From Eledone cirrhosa (lineage: Eukaryota): a stretch of 64,000 nucleotides of DNA. The position numbers and the translations under genes were made by a program. Below the pieces are notes generated by a model. The model saw nothing but the letters and a program-made list of their open reading frames with translations. It was not told where the DNA came from and made no database searches. The stretch lies in contig OZ024743.1 in the NCBI GenBank assembly GCA_964016885.1, positions 2,728,001-2,792,000 on the forward strand, given 5' to 3'. This document shows, piece after piece, positions 24,406 through 37,760 of the stretch (position 1 is the stretch's first letter; each line of letters begins with the position of its first letter).

Positions 24406-26904
24406 GTATTTTTTTTTTTAATCATTTTATAAATTTCAGAAAGAAAACATTTAAAACTTAATTTTTGATTTCATTTAGTTTTTTTTTTTAGCAACATCTA
24501 AGAGTCCTTATAGCTGTGTCTAGGTCTCGATCTTCTCTCTAGTGTTGGTGACATGATAAAACACCCAGTACACTCTATAGAGTGGTTGGTGATAGGAAAG
24601 ATATCCAGCTGTAGAAACCATGCCAAAAATGTTGAGTGGACGCATCAATTGTGTCAGTCATGACAACCTCTTAAGTGTTGGTAACTCATTAAAATGTGCC
24701 CAGTACACTCTGTAATTCAAATACTGTGTATTTCATTATAAATATGGTAATGAAAGTGTTAATTTACATTTTAATCCTTCAATCTAAAGACAATGCTTTT
24801 ATTGCTATATTTGTAATGAAGACATTGCCTGTTTCGTAAATAATTGTGAAGATAATCAGGAATTTAAAAGTATTTAGTAATTTTCGTTATTTATCAGGGC
24901 GATGGATTGGCAGAATCGGTAGAACTTTGGACACCATGCTTCACGGCATAGGGTTACGCGGTTACGCCCCGTTACATTCTGAGTTCAAATCCCATCGATC
25001 AAATAAAGTACTAGTAATGCACTAGAGTCGATTTAATCGACTTTCCCTCAAATTGTTGGCCTTGTGCCTAAATCAGAAACTATTATTTATCTGGTTAACT
25101 TTGCCTTTCATCCTTACGAGGTCGATAAAATGAAGTACCAGTAATGTACTGGGTAATTGCTGGCCTTGTGCCAAAAGTAGAAACAATTATTTATCTGGTA
25201 TTTAGAGCATAGATTAACCCTTTAGCATTTAAACTGGCAGTATCCGGCCAAAATTCTCTCACCTCTTTCTGTTCAAATTGGCCATAACTGGCCGCTCATA
25301 CTGATGTTAAGGTATTGTTCTCAAAATAAATAACATTAAAATCTCGTAGATTTGATAAAAGCCTTTACTACAAAAATACAATAGTAAATATAGAGTAATG
25401 TAAATGCTAACGGGTTAACAAAGATTCTTACATAAAATTATGATGGAAGGTTTCTAGATAAATAAAAACTCTTTGAAATAAACAGCCTATTATCGTAAAA
25501 CCCAGGCAGTTTGGAATCAAAAGGGTTAAGTCATGTCACCCCTAAAACAGTTTATCTCTCAAATTAGATTTTCTGGGTTGTTTTTTTTTTTGGGGGGGGG
25601 GGGGGGGGGGCAATCTTTTCTCTCTTTTTTTATTTTGTTTTTTATCACATTTTTTTTTTCTTTTCATTGCTTTCATTTATTGTTAATGCACATAAGCAAA
25701 GTGTCAGATAATTTCACGGTCAGGTCTACAGTAAAATATTCCTTGGTGAACCTGTCGCTATCTCACTGCTGTTTAGGTATGTTCCTCAAACAGCCCTCTC
25801 TTTAATTACTAAGCCACACTGCAAGTTCTTTAGTCTAACATAAAAAGAAAAATATAAATGTTTATACTGCAACTCAACCATAACCCTTTTACTTGTAGTT
25901 GTTGTTCTCACAATTTTCTGCACACATAATTCAATTACTCAGCCTAGAGAGTGTGTGAGAGAGAGAGAGCAAGTGTAAACATTTAAATTAGAAGGGACCT
26001 CTGTCAGTTTTGATGATGAGTGTGCCAGTTGTTTAATCAACAGAACAGCCTTCTTGTGAAATTAATAGGCAAGTGACTGAGCATTTCATAGGCACATGTA
26101 CCCTTAATGTGTTTCTCAGGGAGATTTAGCCTGACACAATGTATGAGAAGTTCTGGTTCTTTGAATTACAGGCACAGTCATTCTTGTAATTAATGTAAGT
26201 GCTTAAAAATTCCATAGGGATATACATCCTATAATGTAATTCTCAGGGAGATTCAGCATAAAAATGTGTGTGTGACAAAACTGTCCATCTGACTGGATAT
26301 CAAATAGTTTTCGTCTAGCCAATTTTATGGTAAATAACACTGCCTGAGATGCCACACAGTGGGATTGAACCTCAGACCTAACGATTGTGAAATGAACTTA
26401 ACCATTTGACCATGCTGCATCCACACTGTATGCATATCTATATGCCAGTGAAATTTTTTATGCTCAACACATTCTTACACACCACCACCCCAATCCTGCC
26501 GAAATAAAAATAAAAATACCCTAATAACTTGAATTAGGTAAAGCATTTCTTTACTCTCTGACCTTCTCAAAACTTTTAGCTGAACATTATTTGACATTGT
26601 GAATTAGGAGTCCTATCTAACCTACCTACTGATGGGGGTTAACACAAATATAAGATTTCATTTATGAGTTTGTTATAAAGTTGACTGTTAAGTTTGTTGT
26701 CTCAACTATAGTCCTCAACTTATCCTTCTTTCACATCAGTTGGTGTTGTTCTGTGAACACTGTATGTTCAGTTTAGCTGATGAATACCGTCTTTCTCCTC
26801 CAAACTCTCACCAATTCCTAGACTGGTGGCTCCTTTACTCTGACTGTTGATTATTATTTCAGCAGATCTCTGCTACAACATAGTTATACACACACACACA
26901 AGTA

Positions 26905-26935
<31 letters not shown>

Positions 26936-27729
26936 GCACACACATATCATCATCATCACCGTTTTGCGTCCATTCTTCCATGCTAGCATGGGTTAGACGA
27001 GTTGTTCCATATCTTGCTCATACAGAACTGATTTGGGCTTGATTTCTACAGCCTGATGTCCTTCCTAACACCAACCTCATTTACAGTGAGTACTGGGTGC
27101 TTTTTTACCATGGCGCCTACACACACACACACATATATAAATATATATATTTACTGTTTATGTTACATTGTTTACCATTGAGTGGAACTAATGCTCCCAG
27201 TTTGTAAACGATGATGTAATGAATTAATGCACTCAATGTTATGTAGATCATCCATCGTAGATGTGGTATCTAGTGGTTGGCACAGGAACAGAGTGAAATA
27301 TTCATTAAAAACAACAATAGAAGGCCAGACTGGAAACTTTATAATTTTAATTCCGTGAAAATACTATATATATCCCAGCTTATGATGCAAGACCCAGGCC
27401 ATTTCATCAGGTGTTAATTGCAGAATTAGTTATATAAGAGAACAGGATTTTGGTGAATACAAGTAGAGAATAGAAAATAGAGGACCAATTTAATGTGTGT
27501 GTGTGTGTATATATATATAGAGAGAGATATATAGATGAGGGGTTACATCAGTGCCTTCAATTCATGTCTCAGTTCCAGAACATACTGATGTGTGTTTATA
27601 TATATTATGGGTAGAGGGCTACAACATTGCCTTCAGTTCATTTAAAGTTAGCTTTTATTTTCTTCATTTTACTCAATAAATAAGACAGTATTACATTTAG
27701 ATATTTAAATTTATACATTTTTATAACCT

Positions 27730-27940
27730 GGCTACAATGACTGTAAAATATATATGATGTAGAGCTTCTCATATGTTGCTTGCTACAGTAACTGTAAAAT
27801 TGTTTAAAATATATATGATGTAGAGCTACACATATATTGCTTGCTACAGTAACTGTAAAATTGTTTAAGATATATATGATGTAGAGGCTTACACATATTG
27901 TGTGCTGCTGTAACTGGAAAAGATATAGAGCTTCAAATAT
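27730..27940. repeat. ~61-bp tandem repeat, ~3-4 copies
   Basis: TGCTACAGTAACTGTAAAATTGTTTAA.ATATATATGATGTAGAG units start at 27781 and 27842. Confidence 0.75.
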
Positions 27941-28635
27941 ATTCGTTGCACTATATTATTGGAGAAACTGACTCAAAATACTGATTTTCATCATAAGATC
28001 TTTCATGTTTTTGGTGTATATATCCATCTATTTTATCCCTTATGATACCACCACTCCTTTAAACAACCTATGGTTCTACAAAACAAAACAATCCATTTTA
28101 AAAGGATCCTGTTTATATAAATTTTCATACATAATTTCATATAAAAACCTTCTGAAATAATTACTAATTCTAAAATACCCTCCAATTTTTTCTTCTATTA
28201 TTACATATACAAGAGTTAACTTTTAATATCTTGTAATGATTTAGCAGAAAGTGTCTAAAAGGGGGTATTTGTTACTTCAAATGTTTATAGTATCTGTACT
28301 AGTGGATACATTGTAAAAATTTGTAGTATTATATCTTAACATCCTGCAATGATTTAGCAGAAAAAAAATAAAAACAGGTTTGTTAATTCAAGAGCTTGTA
28401 GTATCTTTATTAGCGGACAGATCATTGTGAAATATTTGCAGTGACAAAGGAAAGTCTTTCATTGAAATTGTCCTTCAAGTTGACCACCAATTTGCCTCTG
28501 TAGTTGTTTCACTAGTTAAAAATAACAACCTAATCTTCCTCAAATGAAACTTTACTATTGTCTTAAGGGTGTAGTGCTGGTGATCTTCATATTTGAGATT
28601 TTATTTTTGGTGTTTTAAATTTTTAATGTTTATAG

Positions 28636-28766
28636 GTAACAGTAAACTAAATGGAGAATCAACAGAGCTTCATTTGTCATCAAGTTCTATGAGTAAAGAG
28701 GAGCACAGGAGACAAGACAAGCAGTTTAGTAAACATGACAGTAGTGAGAAGGAAAGAAGCAAAAGA
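28636..28766 (+). CDS. internal exon (131 nt, phase 1/0): GNSKLNGESTELHLSSSSMSKEEHRRQDKQFSKHDSSEKERSKR
   Basis: Acceptor TTTTTAATGTTTATAG, donor AGA|GTAAGT; the open frame is continuous with exon 24360-24405. Confidence 0.8.
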
Positions 28767-29428
28767 GTAAGTATTTAACCCTTTCATTTCTTGTATTACG
28801 AATGAAAAACACTGCTTATCCTTTAAAAATAATAAGGTATTTAGAGGGATCTGGTTAATATAACTTTTTCATTTTTAAGCTGATGTTTGGAACATAACAG
28901 AAGCAAGATGTTGTCCCTCAGCCTGTCTGAGGGGTCAATAGCATGAATTAAGTACTGATGTGGTGGTGGCGATGGCGCTTGTTGTCGCCATCATCTCTGC
29001 ACTCTGTGTTCAAATCCTGTATTTTTTATGTCAATAAATAAAATCCCAGTCCAGGGGCCCATAGATTGACAGAATTATTAAAGTGTCTCTGACAAGATTT
29101 CTTGCAGTGTCTCTTTTGACCCTTTCTGTTCTGAGTTTACCTGCTATGACTCCGGTTCCTAGCTGTATTGGTCATTGCTTTTGCCTCTGGCTACATTTGT
29201 AGCATAGCAAGGGGTGCCCGGGAGTCTGGCATGTAAAGTTGATTGCTGGTCTTCCACAAAAAACCCTACCTTGTCTTGCACATTGGAGAGAAACTGAAGG
29301 TAGAGATCCATAGTGTTGCAAGTGATATGGAGGTCCTTAATATGGTGAGATTAAGAAAAAATAATTTATGAAGACCTTTTGATTTATTTACTTTAGTGTC
29401 ATTTGTTTGTTTATTTCTGTTATTGCAG

Positions 29429-29512
29429 GAAAGCCGCGCTGGGGAGGAGGAGTACAGAGAAAAGGTGAAAGATAAAGAGAAAGAACGAGTCAAAAGAGCA
29501 GACAAAGAAAAA
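29429..29512 (+). CDS. internal exon: ESRAGEEEYREKVKDKEKERVKRADKEK (donor position uncertain: 29464, 29512 or 29514)
   Basis: Strong acceptor TTTATTTCTGTTATTGCAG, phase 0 start, same charged composition as the other exons; donors are weak. Confidence 0.7.
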
Positions 29513-30424
29513 GTGTATCCTTTCTGATATTTACTGATATTGTGAATGTAGCATGGCAGCTGAAGGGTTGAGAAGTTTGCTTCACAATCATTAGGTCCTG
29601 GGTTTGAATCCACCATGTAACATCCTAAGCAAGTGTCATTTACCATAACCTTAGGTTAACCTGTGCTTTGTAAGTGAAATAGGATAGACGGATATTATTT
29701 GGAAGCCTGTCAGATGGACTGTACCTGCAATTCAAAGGGGGAAGCCTTGTCATACGTTGTGTCATGCTGACTCATCCTGGGGACTCCATTAAGTGTAGAC
29801 ATATCTGTGGAATACTCAGCCACTTACACATTAATTCCATGTGTAGGTTTCTCCATTGATGGAACACTCAGTGGAGGTTTATTCTGCTCTAATTGTATTT
29901 TGGTATTGAATGAATACTTATTAATCTGCCTGATGAACATTTTGGAGGTCGTTGATCTCAGATGTTTGTTTATCAATAGTAGTAGTAGCAGCAACTGTGG
30001 TAGCAAAAGTAGTAGCAGCAGCAGCAATATCCATTAGAAACAAATAATTACAAAATTATTCAGCTGAGATATATATGTGTGTACATACCTGTATGTATAT
30101 GTGTGTATGCATATAAATATAACATTACACAACAGAGAGAAGCAGAAATATAGTAAATCCTGCAAGGATTGTCTCTAGGTTTATTGAATCAGAAGCCATA
30201 GAAAATCAAATGCTAATTAAATTTCATCTTTTGATGTCTGTCTGATATAATGGTGATGTCTCAACGTCTCAGAATTTCTCTATAAATAACTTGTTTAAAC
30301 AAGATATTGTTGATGTACAAAGTATTGGGAAATTTGAAGTTTGAAAATATAGCTACCACAATGCAGGTAACTATAATAATAGTTGATATCTATAAACTGA
30401 GACAGGAAACGTGGACAGTCATCT

Positions 30425-30580
30425 GCTATATGAGATATGTGTTGCTCACAGGCATCTGTCCACTCCACCATATAAGAGATGTGTTCCCCACAGGCATTTG
30501 TTCACTCCGCCATATGAGAGATATGTTCCAAACAAGTATCTGTCCATTCCGCCATATGAGAGATGTGCTCCCCACAGGTG
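30425..30580. repeat. 42-bp tandem repeat (CATATGAGAGATGTGTTCCCCACAGGCATTTGTCCACTCCGC-like), ~4 copies
   Basis: Units read directly; they produce the 14-aa periodicity of ORF 30307..30642. Confidence 0.75.
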
Positions 30581-30838
30581 TCATCATCATCATCTTTTTA
30601 TTGTTGGTAATTTACATGTTAAATGCATCTAGTGCACTGTAAATTGGTTGGTGATAGGAACAACATTCAGTTGTAGAAAACCCACCAACAGAAGAGTTAG
30701 GAGGGCTCTTCAACTGTCTGAACTCTTTAGCATTTACATTACTCTATATATATATATATACTATTATATTTTCATGGTGAAGGCTTTACCTCACATAATA
30801 TCGAAACTGAGATTTTGATATTTATTTTTGGAACAATA

Positions 30839-31171
30839 ACATGGCTTAGAGGTTAGAGCATTGGCCTTGCAATCGAAAGGTTGTGAGTTCAATTCTCGGA
30901 CCAGGTGATGTGTTGTTTCCTTGAGCAAGACACTTTATTTCACATTGCTCCAGTTTACTCAGCTGTAGAAATGAGATGATAGGGACTGGGGTCCCTATCA
31001 TTCCACTGCAAAGTGGTCGTGGAGGTGCCACGGCAAAAAAGCACCCAGCACTCACTGTAAATGAGGTTGGTGTTAGGAAGGGCATCCAGCTGTAGAAATC
31101 AAGCCAGAATCAGTTCCCATCCCACCCTTGCAAGCAGGGAAAAGCAGACGTAAAATGATGATGATGATGAT
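30839..31171 (+). mobile_element. family A SINE inserted in a piggyBac-type MITE
   Basis: Near full-length copy; the MITE sequence resumes after the (TGA)n tail. Confidence 0.85.
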
Positions 31172-31536
31172 CTTAACATTACTATGAGTGGCTGGTTACA
31201 GCTGATTTAAACGTAAAGAGGTGAAAGAATTCTGGCTGGTTATAGCCGGTGTAAATGCTAAATTGTTTAAAGACATGACAATTTCCCTCGTGCTAATGTC
31301 ATAATAAAATGGAGCTTTTAGTGTGCAGGATTGTATGTAAGTGAATCTCAGTTTATTAGTGGACAGATTGTTGTGAAAAATTGCAGCAATAGTGCATGCT
31401 GTTTTCTACTTTTCAATAGTGTCTTGTTAATGTGGTTTCATAAGGTATAGGACATTTAATAGTTAAATTATCTTTGGATAAATGTTGTTGTTAATATACA
31501 TAATTGTTTATATTCCTTGATTATTACTTTCTAAAG

Positions 31537-31561
31537 ATCTAGCAAGAAACTGAAGAAATAA
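31537..31561 (+). CDS. candidate last coding exon (..SSKKLKK*) followed by a TE-poor putative 3' UTR
   Basis: Acceptor TTATTACTTTCTAAAG. In frame only if the phase-2 donor at 29514 is used. TAA at 31559-31561; AATAAA near 31733 and 32777. Confidence 0.35.
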
Positions 31562-32014
31562 ACTCCACCATTATTTCTTTCTGTTTTTACACAAGGACTT
31601 TAAGATGTTTCTTGCTTCTGTCTGATCCCATCTTCAACATATCTGCAGCATACACTTGTAGGGGTACTGAGTTATGAGCAGAAAGGGAAACTAAACATTC
31701 AGCAGAAATTGAAAGACTTTTTACGCCCCACCAATAAAAAATTTTTAAAATCACCGGAAAATTACCATATTTCTACAAATATTTACTACATTTGATATGA
31801 ATATATTCATATGGAACTACACACACATACTCTTTCTCTCTTTCTCTTTCTCTCTCTCACACAGATATATATGTATGTATATTTTATTGTGATTAAGTGA
31901 TGAGTCTAGTGTAATTACTCTGGAGTTTCATCTGTGAGAATATGACTCATCACTTAGCCATAAAGAAGATTATTAAACTCTTCTTTGGTTTTGAGTACTC
32001 ATTCTCACTTATAT

Positions 32015-32119
<105 letters not shown>

Positions 32120-33063
32120 TGCTTGTACAATCCTCTGTACAGTAATCTTTACACATTCACACATACAGAAGATGATATATTGGGAATCCTTAGCTATTTT
32201 ATTAGGTAAGAACTGATATCTTTCTTTATTTTTCCAAACACAGATCCACTGCTGCATATTTATCAGTTCAGAGAAAATGGAGAATTTTCAGACACACATT
32301 GTATATTGTTGTTTAAACCCTATATTATTATTATTGCTGTGTTATTATCTGATCTCTTTAAAATTACTCAAAGAGCTAAAGGTCAGTGTTTGCCTGAGAA
32401 TATCAACTTTTGTTACTCTAGCAACAACAACAATAAAAAATAATAACAGTGATTTCTAATTTAGGCACAAGGCCAGCAAAGTTTTGGGAGAGTGAAATAT
32501 TGATTAAATCAACCCTAATACTTTCCTGGTACTACAATAGCAGTGATGACAATTACAGCTGCAATATCAGACTCAGTAGATCACTATAAAATCTCCTCTT
32601 TGGGGGAGGTGTTTTTTTTTTTTTACTTTATTTTTATTTATTTTTTTAGTATCAAAATATGTAATTGACGAATTTAATTAGTGAAATAAATTCATCAAAG
32701 AACAAAATTTTAAAAAAATATTGTATAAAACAAACTTTGTTTCAATCTTTTTTTTATACAGCTTAGTTAATTTTTGAATAAAAGTATCTGTTTTATAGAA
32801 TCTTTGAGACTGAAGAGAAGGGAAATTTTGTTACTAATGCCACAATAAAATGCACTCTGTAAAGTGGTAGTGCTGCTGCCATGATAACATACACCCAGTA
32901 CACCCTGTAAAGTGATTGTGCTGATATAAAAATGAAAAAAAAATATTGATTTCTAAATTACATACCAACCTTTATAGGAGTTGATTCTATTTTGATTAAA
33001 ACTTATTTTATTGACTTCAACAGGATTTGATCTCAGAATGTAAAGGTACACAGCAATTCCTAA

Positions 33064-34918
33064 TAGCAGGTGTGGAGGAAAACTTCTTATTACAAAGTTG
33101 GCAGATGATCTGTCAGAACACTTTATTTGCTGATCTGAAGTTGATTCTGGCTTAACCTCAAAGTCCTCACATGTCTTAACTTTGGGCGCCTTTACTGCCT
33201 CTGCTGCAATTTTTCATGCCTGCTTGTACCGCAAGTGCAAGGAGGAGGACTTATTTCCAAACCAAGCTTTGCATGGATGGCATCTTTGACTTTTTCATTG
33301 AACCAAGGGGTCCTCCTGCCATCCAGTGCTACAGCAAGCCTTTTTCACCCACAGCATTTAACAATTGAAGCAGAAAATGCTGCACTGAACAATCTCCACT
33401 CTGTCTCAATGTCTTCAGTTTGCTCAGGGAGTTCTCTGAATTTGTATGCAATAATATCTGCATACCTGGTTCTGATTTCCTTATCCACCAGTGCTTCCTA
33501 CTTTATCCTGTAGGTCACCTTGGACCTGCCAGTTTTGTGCGCCCCTTTGGCTTCAAGAGCTGTTAAAGAGCTCAAATGTGGCAAGGCCACTGGAGTTGAT
33601 GAAATCCGGCCCAAGATGTTAAAAGCCTTAAACAGAAAGTATTCTCTGGCCAACTTGTGTGTGCCAGGTGGCTTGGATCTATGGAAAGGCACCTAAGCAA
33701 TAGTAAATGGGAGTGATAATCCCAATTTTCAAAAAGGAAAACAAGAGAGATTGTTCCAAATACAGAGGGATCTTGTTAAGCTTCCCTGGCAAAGAGCTGC
33801 AGAGAGATTGTCGAGTCCAAGCTAGCTGATGAACTGTGCAGGTTTCGCCCTGGAAGCAGCACAGCCTACCAAATATTCACACTGTAGCAGGTCTTCAAGA
33901 AATCATGGGAGTATTGACAAGAGGTATGTTCTTGTTTTGTAGACCTCAAAAAGGCATATGGCTGCTTTCCTTGGGACCTGTTGTGGAAGGTTGTGCAGGA
34001 GTATGGGATCGATGGTCAGCTTCTTGCTGCCCTGATGTCTCTGTGAACGCCCAAGTAATTGTTTGGATAAATGGTACTAAATCAAAACCATTCAATGTGC
34101 GAGTCAGACTCTGCCAGGGGTGTGTGTTGTCACCTCTCTTATTCATTATTTTCATGAACAGGATTGACATGCACAGCCGGGTTGGAAGTGTTAACATGAC
34201 TGGCAGATGTAAAATAAGTCGGCTGGAATATGCAGATGACATGGTGTTACTTAACTCAACAGAAAATGATCTCCAACATGCACTTGATAGGTTTGATGCC
34301 AAGTGCTGCATGGCTGGAATAAAAATCAATGCTGCGAAAACTGAGACACTCGTCCTCTCAAGGAAGCCTGCACAGTGCACTCTACATGTGAATGGAGTTC
34401 CAATGAAGCAGGCGGAGAAGTTCAAGTATTCACGAGTGATGGAAGGAAGGAGGCTGAATTAAGTGTAAGAATTGCAGTAACTAGTGCAATAATGCACCAG
34501 CTTCAGCATTCAGTAATCAGAAGGGAGGTAGGTGTAAAAGCCAAACTCGCTATCTTCAATTCGGTATTTGTGCCAACCCTTACCTATGGTCGTGAATCTT
34601 GTATAATGACTGAAAAAATATGATCGCAAATACAAGTGGCCAAAATAGGGTTCCTCCAAAGGGCCTTTGGAGTAACGTTACTCGATAGAGTGCGCATCTC
34701 ACAGATCAGAAAGTCACTCCAGGTAGAGCTGCTATTTCTCCAAATTGAGAGATCACATCTCTGAAACTATGAGCATGTGGTTAGAATGTCTCGGGAAAGA
34801 ATTGTTGGACAGATTTTATGGGCAAAACCAACTGGCAGGAGACCCAGGGGTAGACCACGAGCAAGATGGTTGCTTCTGACAGGACTCTGCCCCCACAACT
34901 TTCTCCAGAAGAAGAGAA
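33064..34918 (+). mobile_element. RTE LINE family 1 insertion with an inverted 5' segment (33064-33553 on minus; 33554-34918 on plus)
   Basis: RT motifs KATGVDEIRPKMLKAL, RLCQGCVLSPLLFIIFM, YADD and GRRPRGRPRARW; GAA tail. The inverted part matches 40024-40523. Confidence 0.85.
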
Positions 34919-35714
34919 GTCTAACAATTCTGCAGAGAAACCTTAATGTACATCATTATCATCATTATTATCCCCCCCCATTTTACATATATTTTTCCAT
35001 CTAGCATTAATTTGACAGGAAGTCATATACTGAGACAAAACAGACAGGTCAAATGACTCCTTCATACATTTCATTTTGGCATGGTTTCTACTGCTGGATG
35101 CCCTTTTTGACAGCATATATCAGGTGCTTTTCTTTGTGGTACCAGTACTATCACCTTATAATGTGGGCTTCGTGCATTTTATTGTGGCAGCAGCACTACT
35201 ACCTGAAAGAGTAGACAATGTTTGTATCATGGCATCAACACTATCCTTTTACAGAGGGGCATGGGTGCATTTTATTGCAGCACCAGTACTACCACTTTAC
35301 AGAGTTGACAGGGTACATAGCACAACCACTTCACAAGGTCGACTGGATGCATTTTATTGTGACCTCAGCACTACTTTACTGTTTTGTTCTTCTATATCTA
35401 TATATATGCCTGGCTGTGGTATTGAGAAGTTCACATTGCAACTATATGGTTTTGGTTTCAATAATCTTGCTTAACAACTTGGGCAAGTGTATTTAATCAT
35501 AAACTTGAGTAAACCAAAACCTTGTGTGGCAAATTTGGTAAATGGAAACTGTTGAAGCTGAATTATAGGACTATTTCTGATCTTGGGTAACAGACTTAAT
35601 CCTTTGCCTCCTGATTTTAAGGCACTTCTATTGTTGAGTACCTTTAATGAAGTCCTCCTGGTTTTAAGGTACTGTCTTCCCATTGCTGAGTGCCATTAAT
35701 GAAGTCCTGGTTTT

Positions 35715-36472
35715 AAGGCATTCAAAATGAAAGGCAGACTGTATGATGCATGTATACAAACAGCAATGTTACATGGTAGTGAGACCTGGGCGCTGTCTGT
35801 GGAAGACTCGTGTAGATTAGAAAGAAACGAAGCCTGCATGCTCCGATGGATGTGTAATAGTAATATACGTGAATGGCAAAGCATAAATGAATTGAGAGAG
35901 AGACTGAGCATAAGAGGAATCAAATGCTGTGTGCAGGAGAGGCGGTTGCATTGGTATGGACATGTGATACATATGAAGGATGACAGCTGCATAAAAACGT
36001 GCAGAGCAGTAGAAGTCGATGGAAAGTCGCGGAGTGGGGAGACCCAAGAAGACGGGATGAGGTGATAAAAGCTGACCTTATCCAATTACACCTCTGAAAG
36101 GCAACGACACACGATCGTGACCTCTGGCGTCACGCAGTAATACAGAAGACCCAACCCCCCACAGGTACAAGCCGAAGCTGAAGCATATAGACAATATGCT
36201 CCCACTGCAGAGTGGTCGTGGAGGTTCCACGGCAAAAAAGCCCCCAGCCCATACTGTAAAGTGGACATGTAGGCGCCACGGAAAAAAGCACCCAGCACTC
36301 ACTGTAAATGAGGTTGGTGTTAGGAAGGGCATCCAGCTGTAGAAATCAAGCCAGAATCAGTTCTCATATGACCAAGACATGGTCAGCCGACCGGACACTG
36401 CCCACAACAGGACAACCCGTCTAACCCACGCTAGCGTGGAAGAACGGACATAAAACAGTGATGATGATGATG
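35715..36472 (+). mobile_element. RTE LINE family 2, 3' fragment with a SINE-like 3' UTR and (TGA)n tail
   Basis: KGRLYDACIQTAMLHGSETW...LRWMC...RRLHWYGHV; the 3' UTR contains a block shared with SINE family A. Confidence 0.8.
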
Positions 36473-37518
36473 TCTTCCCATTAGTGGAGCCCTCCTGGCA
36501 CATTGTTCTTTCAGAACCTTTAGTGAAGTCCTATATTAACAAGCATCAGGTTTGTTAACAACAAACTCAGTGCAGCACCTTATCTACTTGGTCAGCAGCT
36601 GATTTTATATGCATATGAGCCTGTAACTATCCTCTTTCCAGATCTGAACAGAAAAGCAAGTGAAAGAGACATAGAGGAAAAAATTGTTCCCAGTACTGGA
36701 CTGGTAGTTTTAATTTTGATCTTGAAAGGATGAAAGGCAAAGTTAACTCTGCAGGATTTGAACTGAGAGCTGGACCATACTGCAAATCGTTCTATCCAAT
36801 ATTTTAACACTCATAATTCGCTGCCAACACTCACATTCAAAATCCATTTTAGTTATTCAGTTCACTACAATCTGCTTTACACTGTTACATTTGCTGTATA
36901 GCCCTAAGTTGAGGTACTATTTTGTGCTTTTCTTCTTCAATGTGGTTTTGTGTGGTACAGGATGTTGACAGTTAAATGACTAAAATGACCCTTTCACAAT
37001 GGAATTGCAATATTAAATGACAGTTTATAAATGTCATCAAAGTTGCTATAATATCAATAACTACACTTATTTTTCTTCTTCTTCATCTTCTTTCTGTCTA
37101 CTTATTCTTCTTTTTCCTACTTATTCCTTCTTCTTCTTCACCCACTCAATGCAAGTATGTTGATAAGCTGGTGACTTCAGCAAAGAAATTTCTTTGAAGT
37201 AAACAGTCAGTATTAATAACAAATATTATATTTATGTAACGGCAGATGTGTTAACCTATTTTAACCTATTATGAATAAATAAATAAAAACTACAGAAATA
37301 CCATTTTGTTGACACTAACATGATAGCAGCAAGGGTTAATTCAATATTTCACTGTTTACAAGCAATCTGCTGAAACATAATTGTCAGCAGGACTTAAAAT
37401 TTATCACAGCTTTTGAAATATAACCAACTTGTTGAAAAAATATGAACATAAACCACTGACTGAGGAAACAGAAAGCTTAGGAATTAAATATTTAAAACAA
37501 TTAACGCTTTTATGGTCA

Positions 37519-37760
37519 CATTTCCTTGCTGGCATGGATTGAACTGAATATCCATCCTGACACCAACCCTTTTAGTCACCTCTTATGACACGTAAGGACA
37601 TTTCCATGCTGGCATGGGTTGGACTGGATGTCCTTCCTGGCACCAACCCTTTTAGTGATCTCTTATGACACGCAGGGACATTTCCATTTTGGCATGGATT
37701 GGACTGGATGTCCTTCCTGACACCAACCCTTTTAGTCTCCTCTTATGATATGCAGTGTGC
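37519..37760. repeat. 80-bp tandem repeat x3 built from SINE/LINE 3'-end fragments
   Basis: Units start at 37519, 37599 and 37679; each carries CCATGCTGGCATGG-like and GGATGTCCTTCCTGACACCAACC motifs. Confidence 0.75.

Noticed and set aside
27385-27415. Hammerhead-like CTGATGA on the minus strand (also a loose motif near 11590-11620)
   Set aside because: There is no properly placed stem II plus GAAA.
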